A stretch of DNA of 64,000 nt from the NCBI GenBank assembly GCA_951406725.2, contig OX597817.1, forward strand, positions 143,158,001-143,222,000, written 5' to 3'. Numbering within the stretch: position 1 is the first letter of the stretch; each line of letters begins with the position of its first letter. The notes beneath the pieces were generated by a model. The model ran no database searches and was not told the origin of the DNA. It saw only the letters and a program-made list of their open reading frames with translations. Below are positions 12,698-23,473 of this stretch, in pieces. Origin of the DNA: Octopus vulgaris. Taxonomy: Eukaryota. Position numbers and translations under genes: made by a program.

Positions 12698-12752
<55 letters not shown>

Positions 12753-12889
12753 TAGCATTAAAGACCCGTCGTTGCCGGGTCATGGTGCTAGTGCATGTAT
12801 ATATCTATATATATATACATCTACACATAAAATACAAAATACAAAGTTATATCTTGATATCGCTAGTGATAACAATACTCAAAATATAT

Positions 12890-13171
12890 AACAGACTGGA
12901 ATTGTAGGCCCGTCTCTTGCAATTTCGATCAATTGTATCTTGTCCTCCTTCCTGTATAGAAGTGTGGCTACAATCCAGCCTACCTCAACTTCTGGGGGGG
13001 GGGGGCATTTTTAATTTTTTTCTGGGATGTCCTAGGTCACAGATATAAAGGTAAAAATAAAATAAAGTACTCCCTTGCACGCTCCGTTGACTTGAACCTT
13101 GCTTCTATTGTGGCGAATTTACCGCCTCTGAGTCGCACCAAGACACTTTTCGGAGGTGCTTTCCTCCATGT
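12890..13171 (-). pseudogene. Old Tx1-like ORF1 fragment, downstream part (continues at 23692-23760)
   Basis: Translates RGGKFATIEARFKSTERAREY..FLPLYL*PRTSQKKIKNAPP/EVEVGWIVATLLYRKEDKIQL, collinear with ORF1 RGKKYGTVEVRFTSEEVAKKL..LLPLYKGKRTSKITMNNIPPEADAEVLVAAVMVGLEEKINI. Confidence 0.75.
13160..13171. repeat. Target-site duplication TTTCCTCCATGT (also at 18425-18436 and 23692-23703)
   Basis: Identical 12-mer at both outer ends and between the two LINE copies. Confidence 0.9.
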
Positions 13172-13417
13172 TGTTTTATTATTACCCACAAGGGGCGAAC
13201 ACAGATGGGACAATACATTCTGATGATGGGGTCAGACAAACGAATGGGTTTTTACAATAAATCGAGTTTAAAAATTTTCATGAATAACAATAAATGGACA
13301 AAAATCGAGTGATAGGACAGACCGGAAGACATTACGGGTGGAGTGGGTGCGGGTTTAGCTCGGACCCCACGAGCCCCGCCTCCCCACTGATACTTTTGGT
13401 TGCACTTGGTATTACAT

Positions 13418-16400
13418 TTATGTTGTAACTTTCATTCGCAACTTCCGTGCTACATCCTTCCATCGTTCTTCATACGCTCTCCTAGTCAGGCATATTCTCT
13501 CCAGCCCTATCTTCCTTTTCAGGTGAAAGATGAAATAATTCATCAAACCAGGGCCGGAGATGAACTTGCCTGACTGTAAACCTTTCATTCTCGTCTTCCA
13601 TATCACCTCTTTCGCGATTGCTACTACAACGAGAAAACGAAACTTACCTTCATTCACGAGGAAATCCGGTGGGTCAATTTTTGTAATCGACTCAGTCGAC
13701 AGCTGTACTCTTCGTGTACCTGACAACAGGTGTTCGGCATAAACCCACACCTCAGACACGTCCGGACAATGAACAATCGCGTGCGGGACGGTTTCCCTAT
13801 CCCGCCCGCATCTTGGACATATCGGACTGTCTTGGCCACCGTGCCTTGCGAGTTTATCCCGAACAGGTAGAGCTCCTCTGTAGCATTGCCATGCCAGAGA
13901 CTTCTGGAAGTTGTCCAGTGTCCTTGGCTCGAACGTACGTCGGAACAGACTGGCCAGCTGATTATCGTCGAGACCTAGGGTTTCCCCCAAGGTATCTTCA
14001 CATTCCGCCTCTACCAACCCTCTATAGAAGAAAGTGGTGGAACCCCCACCGCAGGCGTTGCCCGAGCGACGGAATAGCAGGAGAGCCTTGCGACACTCCG
14101 TGTACCAAGTACCAAGTTTCGATCTACGATTCAGCCAGGTTTCCCATCCACCGAAACTAGTGAACTTGGGAAACATCAGTTTTGCTAGCGAAGACCACAC
14201 CCGTTCACCATCCAGGTAGAGCCACAGATGTCTTAACCTCAGCGCATGTCTGCGCATCATCAGCCAAGGCATCCCTAGCCCACCCTTTAACGGTTGTTGA
14301 CAGCAAGTAGAGCGTTTCACAAGTGGTTTCCCGCCCTTCCACAAGAAGTAGAAGAGCTGTCTTTCCAACTTGATCAACCACGAATCAGGGCAAGGAACGA
14401 CGGAAAGGCGGTAGGTGATAACCGATGCGATAAACACATTGGCCACCTCCGCCCTCCCTTTCAGGGATAGCCACCGCCAAGACCAGGTCTTGGCTACTGC
14501 AGCCACCTTGCTCGTTACCTCGCCCCAATTCTTCTCTATTTGGAGGTCTGGACCGAACCAGACCCCTAGCAGTTTAATCGGACCCTCCGTCCAACGTCCC
14601 ACGACGCTGTCAGGAGGCATCGACTTGCCTCTCCAGGTGCCGAGTTGCAAGCCGACTGACTTTTCGCGATTAACTTTTGCTCCTGTCACCGTCTCGTACA
14701 CCTCTATGGCCTTGCCTACTTTACATAGGTGGTCCATTTCGGTTACGATGATGGTGATGTCATCCGCGTACGCTGACACTGATTTTCCATTACCTGGCTG
14801 TCTCGGGATGCCGCTCAGTTTTCGCAGTAATGGCTCAAGAGCCATCACGTACAAAAGCGGGGAGAGCGGACACCCTTGACGAACCGAGCGTTTGATTTTG
14901 AACGGCTTCGACAAGAAGCCGTTCACCCGAACTACCGAGTCGATGTTATCATAAATTTCGATAATCCACCTGAGGAATCCAAGGCTCAGCCCGAACTGTG
15001 CCAGGGCAGATACCAGGTAACGATGGTCGACCCTATCAAAAGCTTTAGATTGGTCTAAATGGACCAGTGCCCCACCCTTGCCAGAATCACTATTAAACCC
15101 CTCTATAGTGTACCGCATTAGATGGAGATTATCCTGAATGGATCTGCCCGGAACGGCACATGTCTGTGCCCCTCCGATCAGACCATCCGCGACACGCGCC
15201 AATCTTTTCGATAACACTTTGGCCAAAATCTTCAACTCTGTGTTTAGCAGAGTGATGGGCCTGAAATTATCAATGCACTCCCCCTTGCTCGGGTCCTTTC
15301 TGACGAGAGTCACTACTCCCCGGCGCACAGATCTGGGTATAAGCCCGTTCTGCTGCCAGTTCGCGTAGACCTCCGCCAGTAGGTGCCCGAACAAGTCTGG
15401 CATACTCTTATATAACTCATAGGGTAGACCATCCAAACCCGGCGCCTTGCCCGCGCCGCAGTCCGCCATTGCCTCAACCACCTCCTCAGGCGTGATTGGC
15501 CCTTCACAGCCCTCCGCATCTCGCCCCGATAAGCGCGGCAGACCGTCGAGTAGGTCCGTAAAGGCCCTCCTCCTATCCAGTCCGCCGCACTCACCGAAAA
15601 GCTGAGCGAAGTGCTCCTGAAAGGCCTCACACATCTCCTCGGGTTCGTTTATCAACTCACCTTGTTGGTTCGTCAAAGATCGAATCGTGGCATCGTTACC
15701 ATGCTGAGCTTCCACCACTCGGGCCCATCTCACGGCGTTGATTCCTTCACATCCCATATGACGGATTCTAGCCCTGACAATGCAGCCCATGTGTTTGGCC
15801 TCGAGGTGCTGGTTTAACACCAGTCTCTTGGCCGCCACCTGAGCCGCAGAGCCAGTTTTCATGGCTTCCTCTAATTCCTTAACTAGAGTAGTTTCCCTTC
15901 TAGCCTCTCTAGCCACTACTCCTATGCTATATCTAATAGACTCAAACTTGATGGCTCGTTTGAGGGCGTACCACCATTTGTTATTAATGATGGTACCAGA
16001 TAGTGCCCTCTGAATTATATTCCTAATCCGGTCTTTGTACTCCTTAATCGCCAAAAGGGACGTATTAAGTTTCCAGTAACCGGATCCTCTATTTTTAACC
16101 TTATCTATGTCAAGCTTACAAGTGATCATTTCATGATCACTGTAGCTGATCGGGTAAAACTGTGGACACTTAGCTATTTTACTGTCTACTTTTCTAATTA
16201 GTATTCTATCTAGATACGACCTGGAAGATCCGTCGCTGTTTGACCATGTCCACAATGGAGCGTTCGGAAATTCCAGCCTATAAGGATCTGCTAGCTCAAA
16301 GCGGCTTAGCAGTTCCATGAAGCCACTGTTGCCTTTTCTATCTGGACACGAGCCAACATAATCTACATCCGCTTTGCAAATTGTGTTAAAGTCTCCTAGC

Positions 16401-16813
16401 ACCACTAATGAATGCGAAGTACCAAGAAAGTTTTCTAGTTCACGAAAATAATCACTTTGCCCTGTATGGTTGGGTGCGTAAATTGCAACCAGTCTGATAA
16501 CTTTACCATTACTGAACGTCAAATCCATGACGACCAGCCTACCTTCTGGATCTGCAAAAATTAACTTTTTCTCAGAAACCCGGTTTCTTTTTAATAGGAC
16601 CAACACCCCACTCCCGCCTGTAGGACTGCCAGGAGAGAAAAAACTCTCGTAGCCGTCAAACAGCGGGAGTAGACCTCTTGGCCCCTCTAGCCGGGTTTCT
16701 GTAGCAACAATAACATCTAAATTACGCGACCTGATATCATGCAGGAAGCGACCTTGCTTCCAGCCTGCTCCCAGGCCGCGCACATTTAAACAACCAACAT
16801 AAATGTAATCCAT
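13418..16813 (-). CDS. LINE ORF2: APE endonuclease + reverse transcriptase + C-terminal CCHC (1131 aa, intact)
   Basis: LNVRGL, TETR, GDFN, LDRIL, SDH (APE); APGLDG, FRPITLLN, DQSKAFDRV, RQGCPLSP, YADD (RT); CPRC..ETVPHAIVHC; YWKLNTSLL typical of Tx1. Confidence 0.95.
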   Translation of the reverse strand: MDYIYVGCLNVRGLGAGWKQGRFLHDIRSRNLDVIVATETRLEGPRGLLPLFDGYESFFSPGSPTGGSGVLVLLKRNRVSEKKLIFADPEGRLVVMDLTFSNGKVIRLVAIYAPNHTGQSDYFRELENFLGTSHSLVVLGDFNTICKADVDYVGSCPDRKGNSGFMELLSRFELADPYRLEFPNAPLWTWSNSDGSSRSYLDRILIRKVDSKIAKCPQFYPISYSDHEMITCKLDIDKVKNRGSGYWKLNTSLLAIKEYKDRIRNIIQRALSGTIINNKWWYALKRAIKFESIRYSIGVVAREARRETTLVKELEEAMKTGSAAQVAAKRLVLNQHLEAKHMGCIVRARIRHMGCEGINAVRWARVVEAQHGNDATIRSLTNQQGELINEPEEMCEAFQEHFAQLFGECGGLDRRRAFTDLLDGLPRLSGRDAEGCEGPITPEEVVEAMADCGAGKAPGLDGLPYELYKSMPDLFGHLLAEVYANWQQNGLIPRSVRRGVVTLVRKDPSKGECIDNFRPITLLNTELKILAKVLSKRLARVADGLIGGAQTCAVPGRSIQDNLHLMRYTIEGFNSDSGKGGALVHLDQSKAFDRVDHRYLVSALAQFGLSLGFLRWIIEIYDNIDSVVRVNGFLSKPFKIKRSVRQGCPLSPLLYVMALEPLLRKLSGIPRQPGNGKSVSAYADDITIIVTEMDHLCKVGKAIEVYETVTGAKVNREKSVGLQLGTWRGKSMPPDSVVGRWTEGPIKLLGVWFGPDLQIEKNWGEVTSKVAAVAKTWSWRWLSLKGRAEVANVFIASVITYRLSVVPCPDSWLIKLERQLFYFLWKGGKPLVKRSTCCQQPLKGGLGMPWLMMRRHALRLRHLWLYLDGERVWSSLAKLMFPKFTSFGGWETWLNRRSKLGTWYTECRKALLLFRRSGNACGGGSTTFFYRGLVEAECEDTLGETLGLDDNQLASLFRRTFEPRTLDNFQKSLAWQCYRGALPVRDKLARHGGQDSPICPRCGRDRETVPHAIVHCPDVSEVWVYAEHLLSGTRRVQLSTESITKIDPPDFLVNEGKFRFLVVVAIAKEVIWKTRMKGLQSGKFISGPGLMNYFIFHLKRKIGLERICLTRRAYEERWKDVARKLRMKVTT

Positions 16814-16822
16814 TACTTACCT

Positions 16823-18206
16823 TTATATCAGTGGTTCGGTTTTTTCTTCTTCTTCCTTCTCTTTTTCTGGGCCTCGTGGGGGAGTCTGACGTAGGCCCTC
16901 GAATATATGTGGAGATGTTACATCCAACCTAAGTGGGCCTACGTCATGGAAGAATTCTGACTTTATCCGCCCGTAATCCTTCCGGTCTATTTTGTAAATT
17001 GCAAAGTCATTTTTTTCTCTACTCTCTTCACATTGGCCATGGCTGCCAACACGTTTCCGAGTCTGCTATTTGATGCTTTTACGGCCATATATGAGTTCAT
17101 TGACTCTTTTTTCTTTTTTAAAATTACTCTGGGAGGGGTGGTTTCCGTTTTTCTTTTTTTTTTCCGATAATTTTTGCCCACCCCTCCTCATTTATCTTTT
17201 CTTCGCTCTTTTTTTTCTCCGCCGCTGGTTCTGCTGTTACCATCACCTCCACACCTTCAGTCTTCCCATCTGGGCCGTCTGACGCTGCTTCTGGTGACAC
17301 ATTGTCTTCTTTTCCTTTTGGCTTAGGTGCTTCCTGCGGTTTGGGTTGGGGCTGGCATTCCGCCCTTACATGCCCCTTCTTACCGCAGCCGAAGCACCTC
17401 GGCTTTCTGCCCTCTACGAAGACTGTGACTCTTTCATCTTCGCTTATCCTAAGAGTCTCTGGGATCTCTTCCAGGGTTTGTACTTCTGCTTGTATGGCTA
17501 TTATTATCTTTTGCCCTTTCCAGAATTCTTCTTCTTCTACGGTGGCCTGGAGGATGTTTATTTTTTCCTCCAGGCCTACCATAACTGCTGCCACTAGGAC
17601 TTCGGCATCCGCTTCTGGCGGGATGTTGTTCATAGTGATTTTGGAAGTTCTCTTGCCTTTATACAGGGGTAGGAGAACAATATCCTCCGCTTTTATGGGT
17701 TCCATGGATAGCTTCTTCGCTACCTCCTCTGACGTGAATCTCACCTCCACTGTGCCGTATTTCTTCCCTCGATTGATATACGTAATTTTATCCATTATTG
17801 GCTTTAAGCAGTTTTCAATCTTTTTCTCCTCTATTTTTTTTTTTTGGATTGCTCTGTTTGTTATACTGAATGTCTTATAGATTATTCTCCTATTCGAAAT
17901 ATCCTCCTGTATTTTGGCGTTTGAAGCCACGGTTACTTCCGTGCCCTCTTTTGACACACAGTCTGCATGTTTTCCCAGGTTGTCCACGTTAATTTTTTTA
18001 ATTTTCTTCCCAGCCACTTCAGCGAATTTTTTTGCTGGAGTTGATGCTGGTACTGGTTTTACCATTTTCTTGGGCGACGCCGCCTCTTTTTTCTTCGGCG
18101 ACAGCGCCTCTTTTTTTCTTGGCGACAACGCCTCTTTTTTACTTGGCGACAACGCCGGGTATTCATCCTCGCTCGTCACGGGCGAATAAGTGATGGGGGA
18201 CTCCAT
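16823..18206 (-). CDS. LINE ORF1 (gag-like, RRM-like region + single zinc knuckle), frameshifted in A-homopolymers near the C-terminus
   Basis: ORF 17124-18215 contains CFGCGKKGHVRAEC. The C-terminus continues in other frames (16987-17181); compare copy B. Confidence 0.85.
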
Positions 18207-18682
18207 TTTGGACAAATGGCTTTAACAAGCCTTTGGTAATCTAAATTGATTGTAGTTTTCCCCCACTGAGGGGGGAACACCAACGCGAAGTCTTCGCGCG
18301 AAGGTTGACTTCGTCCGTTAGACAACAATGGACAAAAAAAGGTAGACCAACAGTATATAATAACAGAGATAAGTAGTATGAGAGCAAAAATATATATCAA
18401 CTTACTAATAACGCAATAAATTGATTTCCTCCATGTTGTTTTATTATTACCCACAAGGGGCGAACACAGATGGGACAATACATTCTGATGATGGGGTCAG
18501 ACAAACGAATGGGTTTTTACAATAAATCGGGTTTAAAAATTTTCATGAATAACAATAAATGGACAAAAATCGAGTGATAGGACAGACCGGAAGACATTAC
18601 GGGTGGAGTGGGTGCGGGTTTAGCTCGGACCCCACGAGCCCCGCCTCCCCACTGATACTTTTGGTTGCACTTGGTATTACAT

Positions 18683-21600
18683 TTATGTTGTAACTTTCAT
18701 TCGCAACTTCCGTGCTACATCCTTCCATCGTTCTTCATACGCTCTCCTAGTCAGGCATATTCTCTCCAGCCCTATCTTCCTTTTCAGGTGAAAGATGAAA
18801 TAATTCATCAAACCAGGGCCGGAGATGAACTTGCCTGACTGTAAACCTTTCATTCTCGTCTTCCATATCACCTCTTTCGCGATTGCTACTACAACGAGAA
18901 AACGAAACTTACCTTCATTCACGAGGAAATCCGGTGGGTCAATTTTTGTAATCGACTCAGTCGACAGCTGTACTCTTCGTGTACCTGACAACAGGTGTTC
19001 GGCATAAACCCACACCTCAGACACGTCCGGACAATGAACAATCGCGTGCGGGACGGTTTCCCTATCCCGCCCGCATCTTGGACATATCGGACTGTCTTGG
19101 CCACCGTGCCTTGCGAGTTTATCCCGAACAGGTAGAGCTCCTCTGTAGCATTGCCATGCCAGAGACTTCTGGAAGTTGTCCAGTGTCCTTGGCTCGAACG
19201 TACGTCGGAACAGACTGGCCAGCTGATTATCGTCGAGACCTAGGGTTTCCCCCAAGGTATCTTCACATTCCGCCTCTACCAACCCTCTATAGAAGAAAGT
19301 GGTGGAACCCCCACCGCAGGCGTTGCCCGAGCGACGGAATAGCAGGAGAGCCTTGCGACACTCCGTGTACCAAGTACCAAGTTTCGATCTACGATTCAGC
19401 CAGGTTTCCCATCCACCGAAACTAGTGAACTTGGGAAACATCAGTTTTGCTAGCGAAGACCACACCCGTTCACCATCCAGGTAGAGCCACAGATGTCTTA
19501 ACCTCAGCGCATGTCTGCGCATCATCAGCCAAGGCATCCCTAGCCCACCCTTTAACGGTTGTTGACAGCAAGTAGAGCGTTTCACAAGTGGTTTCCCGCC
19601 CTTCCACAAGAAGTAGAAGAGCTGTCTTTCCAACTTGATCAACCACGAATCAGGGCAAGGAACGACGGAAAGGCGGTAGGTGATAACCGATGCGATAAAC
19701 ACATTGGCCACCTCCGCCCTCCCTTTCAGGGATAGCCACCGCCAAGACCAGGTCTTGGCTACTGCAGCCACCTTGCTCGTTACCTCGCCCCAATTCTTCT
19801 CTATTTGGAGGTCTGGACCGAACCAGACCCCTAGCAGTTTAATCGGACCCTCCGTCCAACGTCCCACGACGCTGTCAGGAGGCATCGACTTGCCTCTCCA
19901 GGTGCCGAGTTGCAAGCCGACTGACTTTTCGCGATTAACTTTTGCTCCTGTCACCGTCTCGTACACCTCTATGGCCTTGCCTACTTTACATAGGTGGTCC
20001 ATTTCGGTTACGATGATGGTGATGTCATCCGCGTACGCTGACACTGATTTTCCATTACCTGGCTGTCTCGGGATGCCGCTCAGTTTTCGCAGTAATGGCT
20101 CAAGAGCCATCACGTACAAAAGCGGGGAGAGCGGACACCCTTGACGAACCGAGCGTTTGATTTTGAACGGCTTCGACAAGAAGCCGTTCACCCGAACTAC
20201 CGAGTCGATGTTATCATAAATTTCGATAATCCACCTGAGGAATCCAAGGCTCAGCCCGAACTGTGCCAGGGCAGATACCAGGTAACGATGGTCGACCCTA
20301 TCAAAAGCTTTAGATTGGTCTAAATGGACCAGTGCCCCACCCTTGCCAGAATCACTATTAAACCCCTCTATAGTGTACCGCATTAGATGGAGATTATCCT
20401 GAATGGATCTGCCCGGAACGGCACATGTCTGTGCCCCTCCGATCAGACCATCCGCGACACGCGCCAATCTTTTCGATAACACTTTGGCCAAAATCTTCAA
20501 CTCTGTGTTTAGCAGAGTGATGGGCCTGAAATTATCAATGCACTCCCCCTTGCTCGGGTCCTTTCTGACGAGAGTCACTACTCCCCGGCGCACAGATCTG
20601 GGTATAAGCCCGTTCTGCTGCCAGTTCGCGTAGACCTCCGCCAGTAGGTGCCCGAACAAGTCTGGCATACTCTTATATAACTCATAGGGTAGACCATCCA
20701 AACCCGGCGCCTTGCCCGCGCCGCAGTCCGCCATTGCCTCAACCACCTCCTCAGGCGTGATTGGCCCTTCACAGCCCTCCGCATCTCGCCCCGATAAGCG
20801 CGGCAGACCGTCGAGTAGGTCCGTAAAGGCCCTCCTCCTATCCAGTCCGCCGCACTCACCGAAAAGCTGAGCGAAGTGCTCCTGAAAGGCCTCACACATC
20901 TCCTCGGGTTCGTTTATCAACTCACCTTGTTGGTTCGTCAAAGATCGAATCGTGGCATCGTTACCATGCTGAGCTTCCACCACTCGGGCCCATCTCACGG
21001 CGTTGATTCCTTCACATCCCATATGACGGATTCTAGCCCTGACAATGCAGCCCATGTGTTTGGCCTCGAGGTGCTGGTTTAACACCAGTCTCTTGGCCGC
21101 CACCTGAGCCGCAGAGCCAGTTTTCATGGCTTCCTCTAATTCCTTAACTAGAGTAGTTTCCCTTCTAGCCTCTCTAGCCACTACTCCTATGCTATATCTA
21201 ATAGACTCAAACTTGATGGCTCGTTTGAGGGCGTACCACCATTTGTTATTAATGATGGTACCAGATAGTGCCCTCTGAATTATATTCCTAATCCGGTCTT
21301 TGTACTCCTTAATCGCCAAAAGGGACGTATTAAGTTTCCAGTAACCGGATCCTCTATTTTTAACCTTATCTATGTCAAGCTTACAAGTGACCATTTTATG
21401 ATCACTGTAGCTGATCGGGTAAAACTGTGGACACTTAGCTATTTTACTGTCTACTTTTCTAATTAGTATTCTATCTAGATACGACCTGGAAGATCCGTCG
21501 CTGTTTGACCATGTCCACAATGGAGCGTTCGGAAATTCCAGCCTATAAGGATCTGCTAGCTCAAAGCGGCTTAGCAGTTCCATGAAGCCACTGTTGCCTT

Positions 21601-22078
21601 TTCTATCTGGACACGAGCCAACATAATCTACATCCGCTTTGCAAATTGTGTTAAAGTCTCCTAGCACCACTAATGAATGCGAAGTACCAAGAAAGTTTTC
21701 TAGTTCACGAAAATAATCACTTTGCCCTGTATGGTTGGGTGCGTAAATTGCAACCAGTCTGATAACTTTACCATTACTGAACGTCAAATCCATGACGACC
21801 AGCCTACCTTCTGGATCTGCAAAAATTAACTTTTTCTCAGAAACCCGGTTTCTTTTTAATAGGACCAACACCCCACTCCCGCCTGTAGGACTGCCAGGAG
21901 AGAAAAAACTCTCGTAGCCGTCAAACAGCGGGAGTAGACCTCTTGGCCCCTCTAGCCGGGTTTCTGTAGCAACAATAACATCTAAATTACGCGACCTGAT
22001 ATCATGCAGGAAGCGACCTTGCTTCCAGCCTGCTCCCAGGCCGCGCACATTTAAACAACCAACATAAATGCAATCCAT
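18683..22078 (-). CDS. LINE ORF2: APE + RT + CCHC (1131 aa, intact)
   Basis: Same motifs as copy A. Differs only at MDY/MDC and HEMIT/HKMVT by eye. Confidence 0.95.
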   Translation of the reverse strand: MDCIYVGCLNVRGLGAGWKQGRFLHDIRSRNLDVIVATETRLEGPRGLLPLFDGYESFFSPGSPTGGSGVLVLLKRNRVSEKKLIFADPEGRLVVMDLTFSNGKVIRLVAIYAPNHTGQSDYFRELENFLGTSHSLVVLGDFNTICKADVDYVGSCPDRKGNSGFMELLSRFELADPYRLEFPNAPLWTWSNSDGSSRSYLDRILIRKVDSKIAKCPQFYPISYSDHKMVTCKLDIDKVKNRGSGYWKLNTSLLAIKEYKDRIRNIIQRALSGTIINNKWWYALKRAIKFESIRYSIGVVAREARRETTLVKELEEAMKTGSAAQVAAKRLVLNQHLEAKHMGCIVRARIRHMGCEGINAVRWARVVEAQHGNDATIRSLTNQQGELINEPEEMCEAFQEHFAQLFGECGGLDRRRAFTDLLDGLPRLSGRDAEGCEGPITPEEVVEAMADCGAGKAPGLDGLPYELYKSMPDLFGHLLAEVYANWQQNGLIPRSVRRGVVTLVRKDPSKGECIDNFRPITLLNTELKILAKVLSKRLARVADGLIGGAQTCAVPGRSIQDNLHLMRYTIEGFNSDSGKGGALVHLDQSKAFDRVDHRYLVSALAQFGLSLGFLRWIIEIYDNIDSVVRVNGFLSKPFKIKRSVRQGCPLSPLLYVMALEPLLRKLSGIPRQPGNGKSVSAYADDITIIVTEMDHLCKVGKAIEVYETVTGAKVNREKSVGLQLGTWRGKSMPPDSVVGRWTEGPIKLLGVWFGPDLQIEKNWGEVTSKVAAVAKTWSWRWLSLKGRAEVANVFIASVITYRLSVVPCPDSWLIKLERQLFYFLWKGGKPLVKRSTCCQQPLKGGLGMPWLMMRRHALRLRHLWLYLDGERVWSSLAKLMFPKFTSFGGWETWLNRRSKLGTWYTECRKALLLFRRSGNACGGGSTTFFYRGLVEAECEDTLGETLGLDDNQLASLFRRTFEPRTLDNFQKSLAWQCYRGALPVRDKLARHGGQDSPICPRCGRDRETVPHAIVHCPDVSEVWVYAEHLLSGTRRVQLSTESITKIDPPDFLVNEGKFRFLVVVAIAKEVIWKTRMKGLQSGKFISGPGLMNYFIFHLKRKIGLERICLTRRAYEERWKDVARKLRMKVTT

Positions 22079-22088
22079 TACTTACCTT

Positions 22089-23473
22089 TTATATCAGTGG
22101 TTCGGTTTTTTCTTCTTCTTCCTTCTCTTTTTCTGGGCCTCGTGGGGGAGTCTGACGTAGGCCCTCGAATATATGTGGAGATGTTACATCCAACCTAAGT
22201 GGGCCTACGTCATGGAAGAAATCTGACTTTATCCGCCCGTAATCCTTCCGGTCTATTTTGTAAATTGCAAAGTCATTTTTTTTCTCTACTCTCTTCACAT
22301 TGGCCATGGCTGCCAACACGTTTCCGAGTCTGCTATTAGATGCTTTTACGGCCATATATGAGTTTATTGACTCTTTTTTCTTTTTTAAAATTACTCTGGG
22401 AGGGGTGGTTTCCGTTTTTCTTTTTTTTTTTCCGATAATTTTTGCCCACCCCTCCTCATTTATCTTTTCCTCGCTCTTTTTTTTTTCCGCCGCTGGTTCT
22501 GCTGTTACCATCACCTCCACACCTTCAGTCTTCCCTTCTGGGCCGTCTGACGCTGCTTCTGATGACACATTGTCTTCTTTTCCTTTTGGCTTAGGTGCTT
22601 CCTGCGGTTTGGGTTGGGGCTGGCATTCCGCCCTTACATGCCCCTTCTTACCGCAGCCGAAGCACCTCGGCTTTCTGCCCTCTACGAAGACTGTGACTCT
22701 TTCATCTTCGCTTATCCTAAGAGTCTCTGGGATCTCTTCCAGGGTTTGCACTTCTGCTTGTATGGCTATTATTATCTTTTGCCCTTTCCAGAATTCTTCT
22801 TCTTCTACGGTGGCCTGGAGGATGTTTATTTTTTCCTCCAGGCCTACCATAACTGCTGCCACTAGGACTTCGGCATCCGCTTCTGGCGGGATGTTGTTCA
22901 TAGTGATTTTGGAAGTTCTCTTGCCTTTATACAGGGGTAGGAGAACAATATCCTCTGCTTTTATGGGTTCCATGGATAGCTTCTTTGCTACCTCCTCTGA
23001 CGTGAATCTCACCTCCACTGTGCCGTATTTCTTCCCTCGATTGATATACGTAATTTTGTCCATTATTGGCTTTAAGCAGTTTTCAATCTTTTTCTCTTCT
23101 ATTTTTTTTTTGGATTGCTCTGTTTGTTATACTGAATGTCTTATAGATTATTCTCCTATTCGAAATATCCTCCTGTATTTTGGCGTTTGAAGCCACGGTT
23201 ACTTCCGTGCCCTCTTTTGACACACAGTCTGCATGTTTTCCCAGGTTGTCCACGTTAATTTTTTTAATTTTCTTCCCAGCCACTTCAGCGAATTTTTTTG
23301 CTGGAGTTGATGCTGGTACTGGTTTTACCATTTTCTTGGGCGACGCCGCCTCTTTTTTCTTCGGCGACAGCGCCTCTTTTTTTCTTGGCGACAACGCCTC
23401 TTTTTTACTTGGCGACAACGCCGGGTATTCATCCTCGCTCGTCACGGGCGAATAAGTGATGGGGGACTCCATT
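22089..23473 (-). CDS. LINE ORF1, one frameshift in an A-homopolymer near 23105
   Basis: ORFs 23083-23709 (MESPITYSP...) and 22089-23063 join to give the ORF1 seen in copy A. Confidence 0.85.

Larger units (their letters stand above)
13172..18424 (-). mobile_element. Full-length Tx1/L1-clade LINE, copy A
   Basis: 5' UTR, ORF1, ORF2 and 3' UTR bounded by the TSD. Near-identical to 18437-23691. Confidence 0.93.

Noticed and set aside
13081-13171. Possibility that the Tx1 target is a U2 snRNA, tRNA or rRNA gene
   Set aside because: The flanks do not resemble those RNAs and instead translate as an old ORF1 fragment.
13560-15817. Antisense and overlapping ORFs within LINE ORF2 (also 17302-17880, 22300-23190)
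   Set aside because: Shadow frames of real ORFs with no recognisable motifs. Their duplication simply reflects the tandem.
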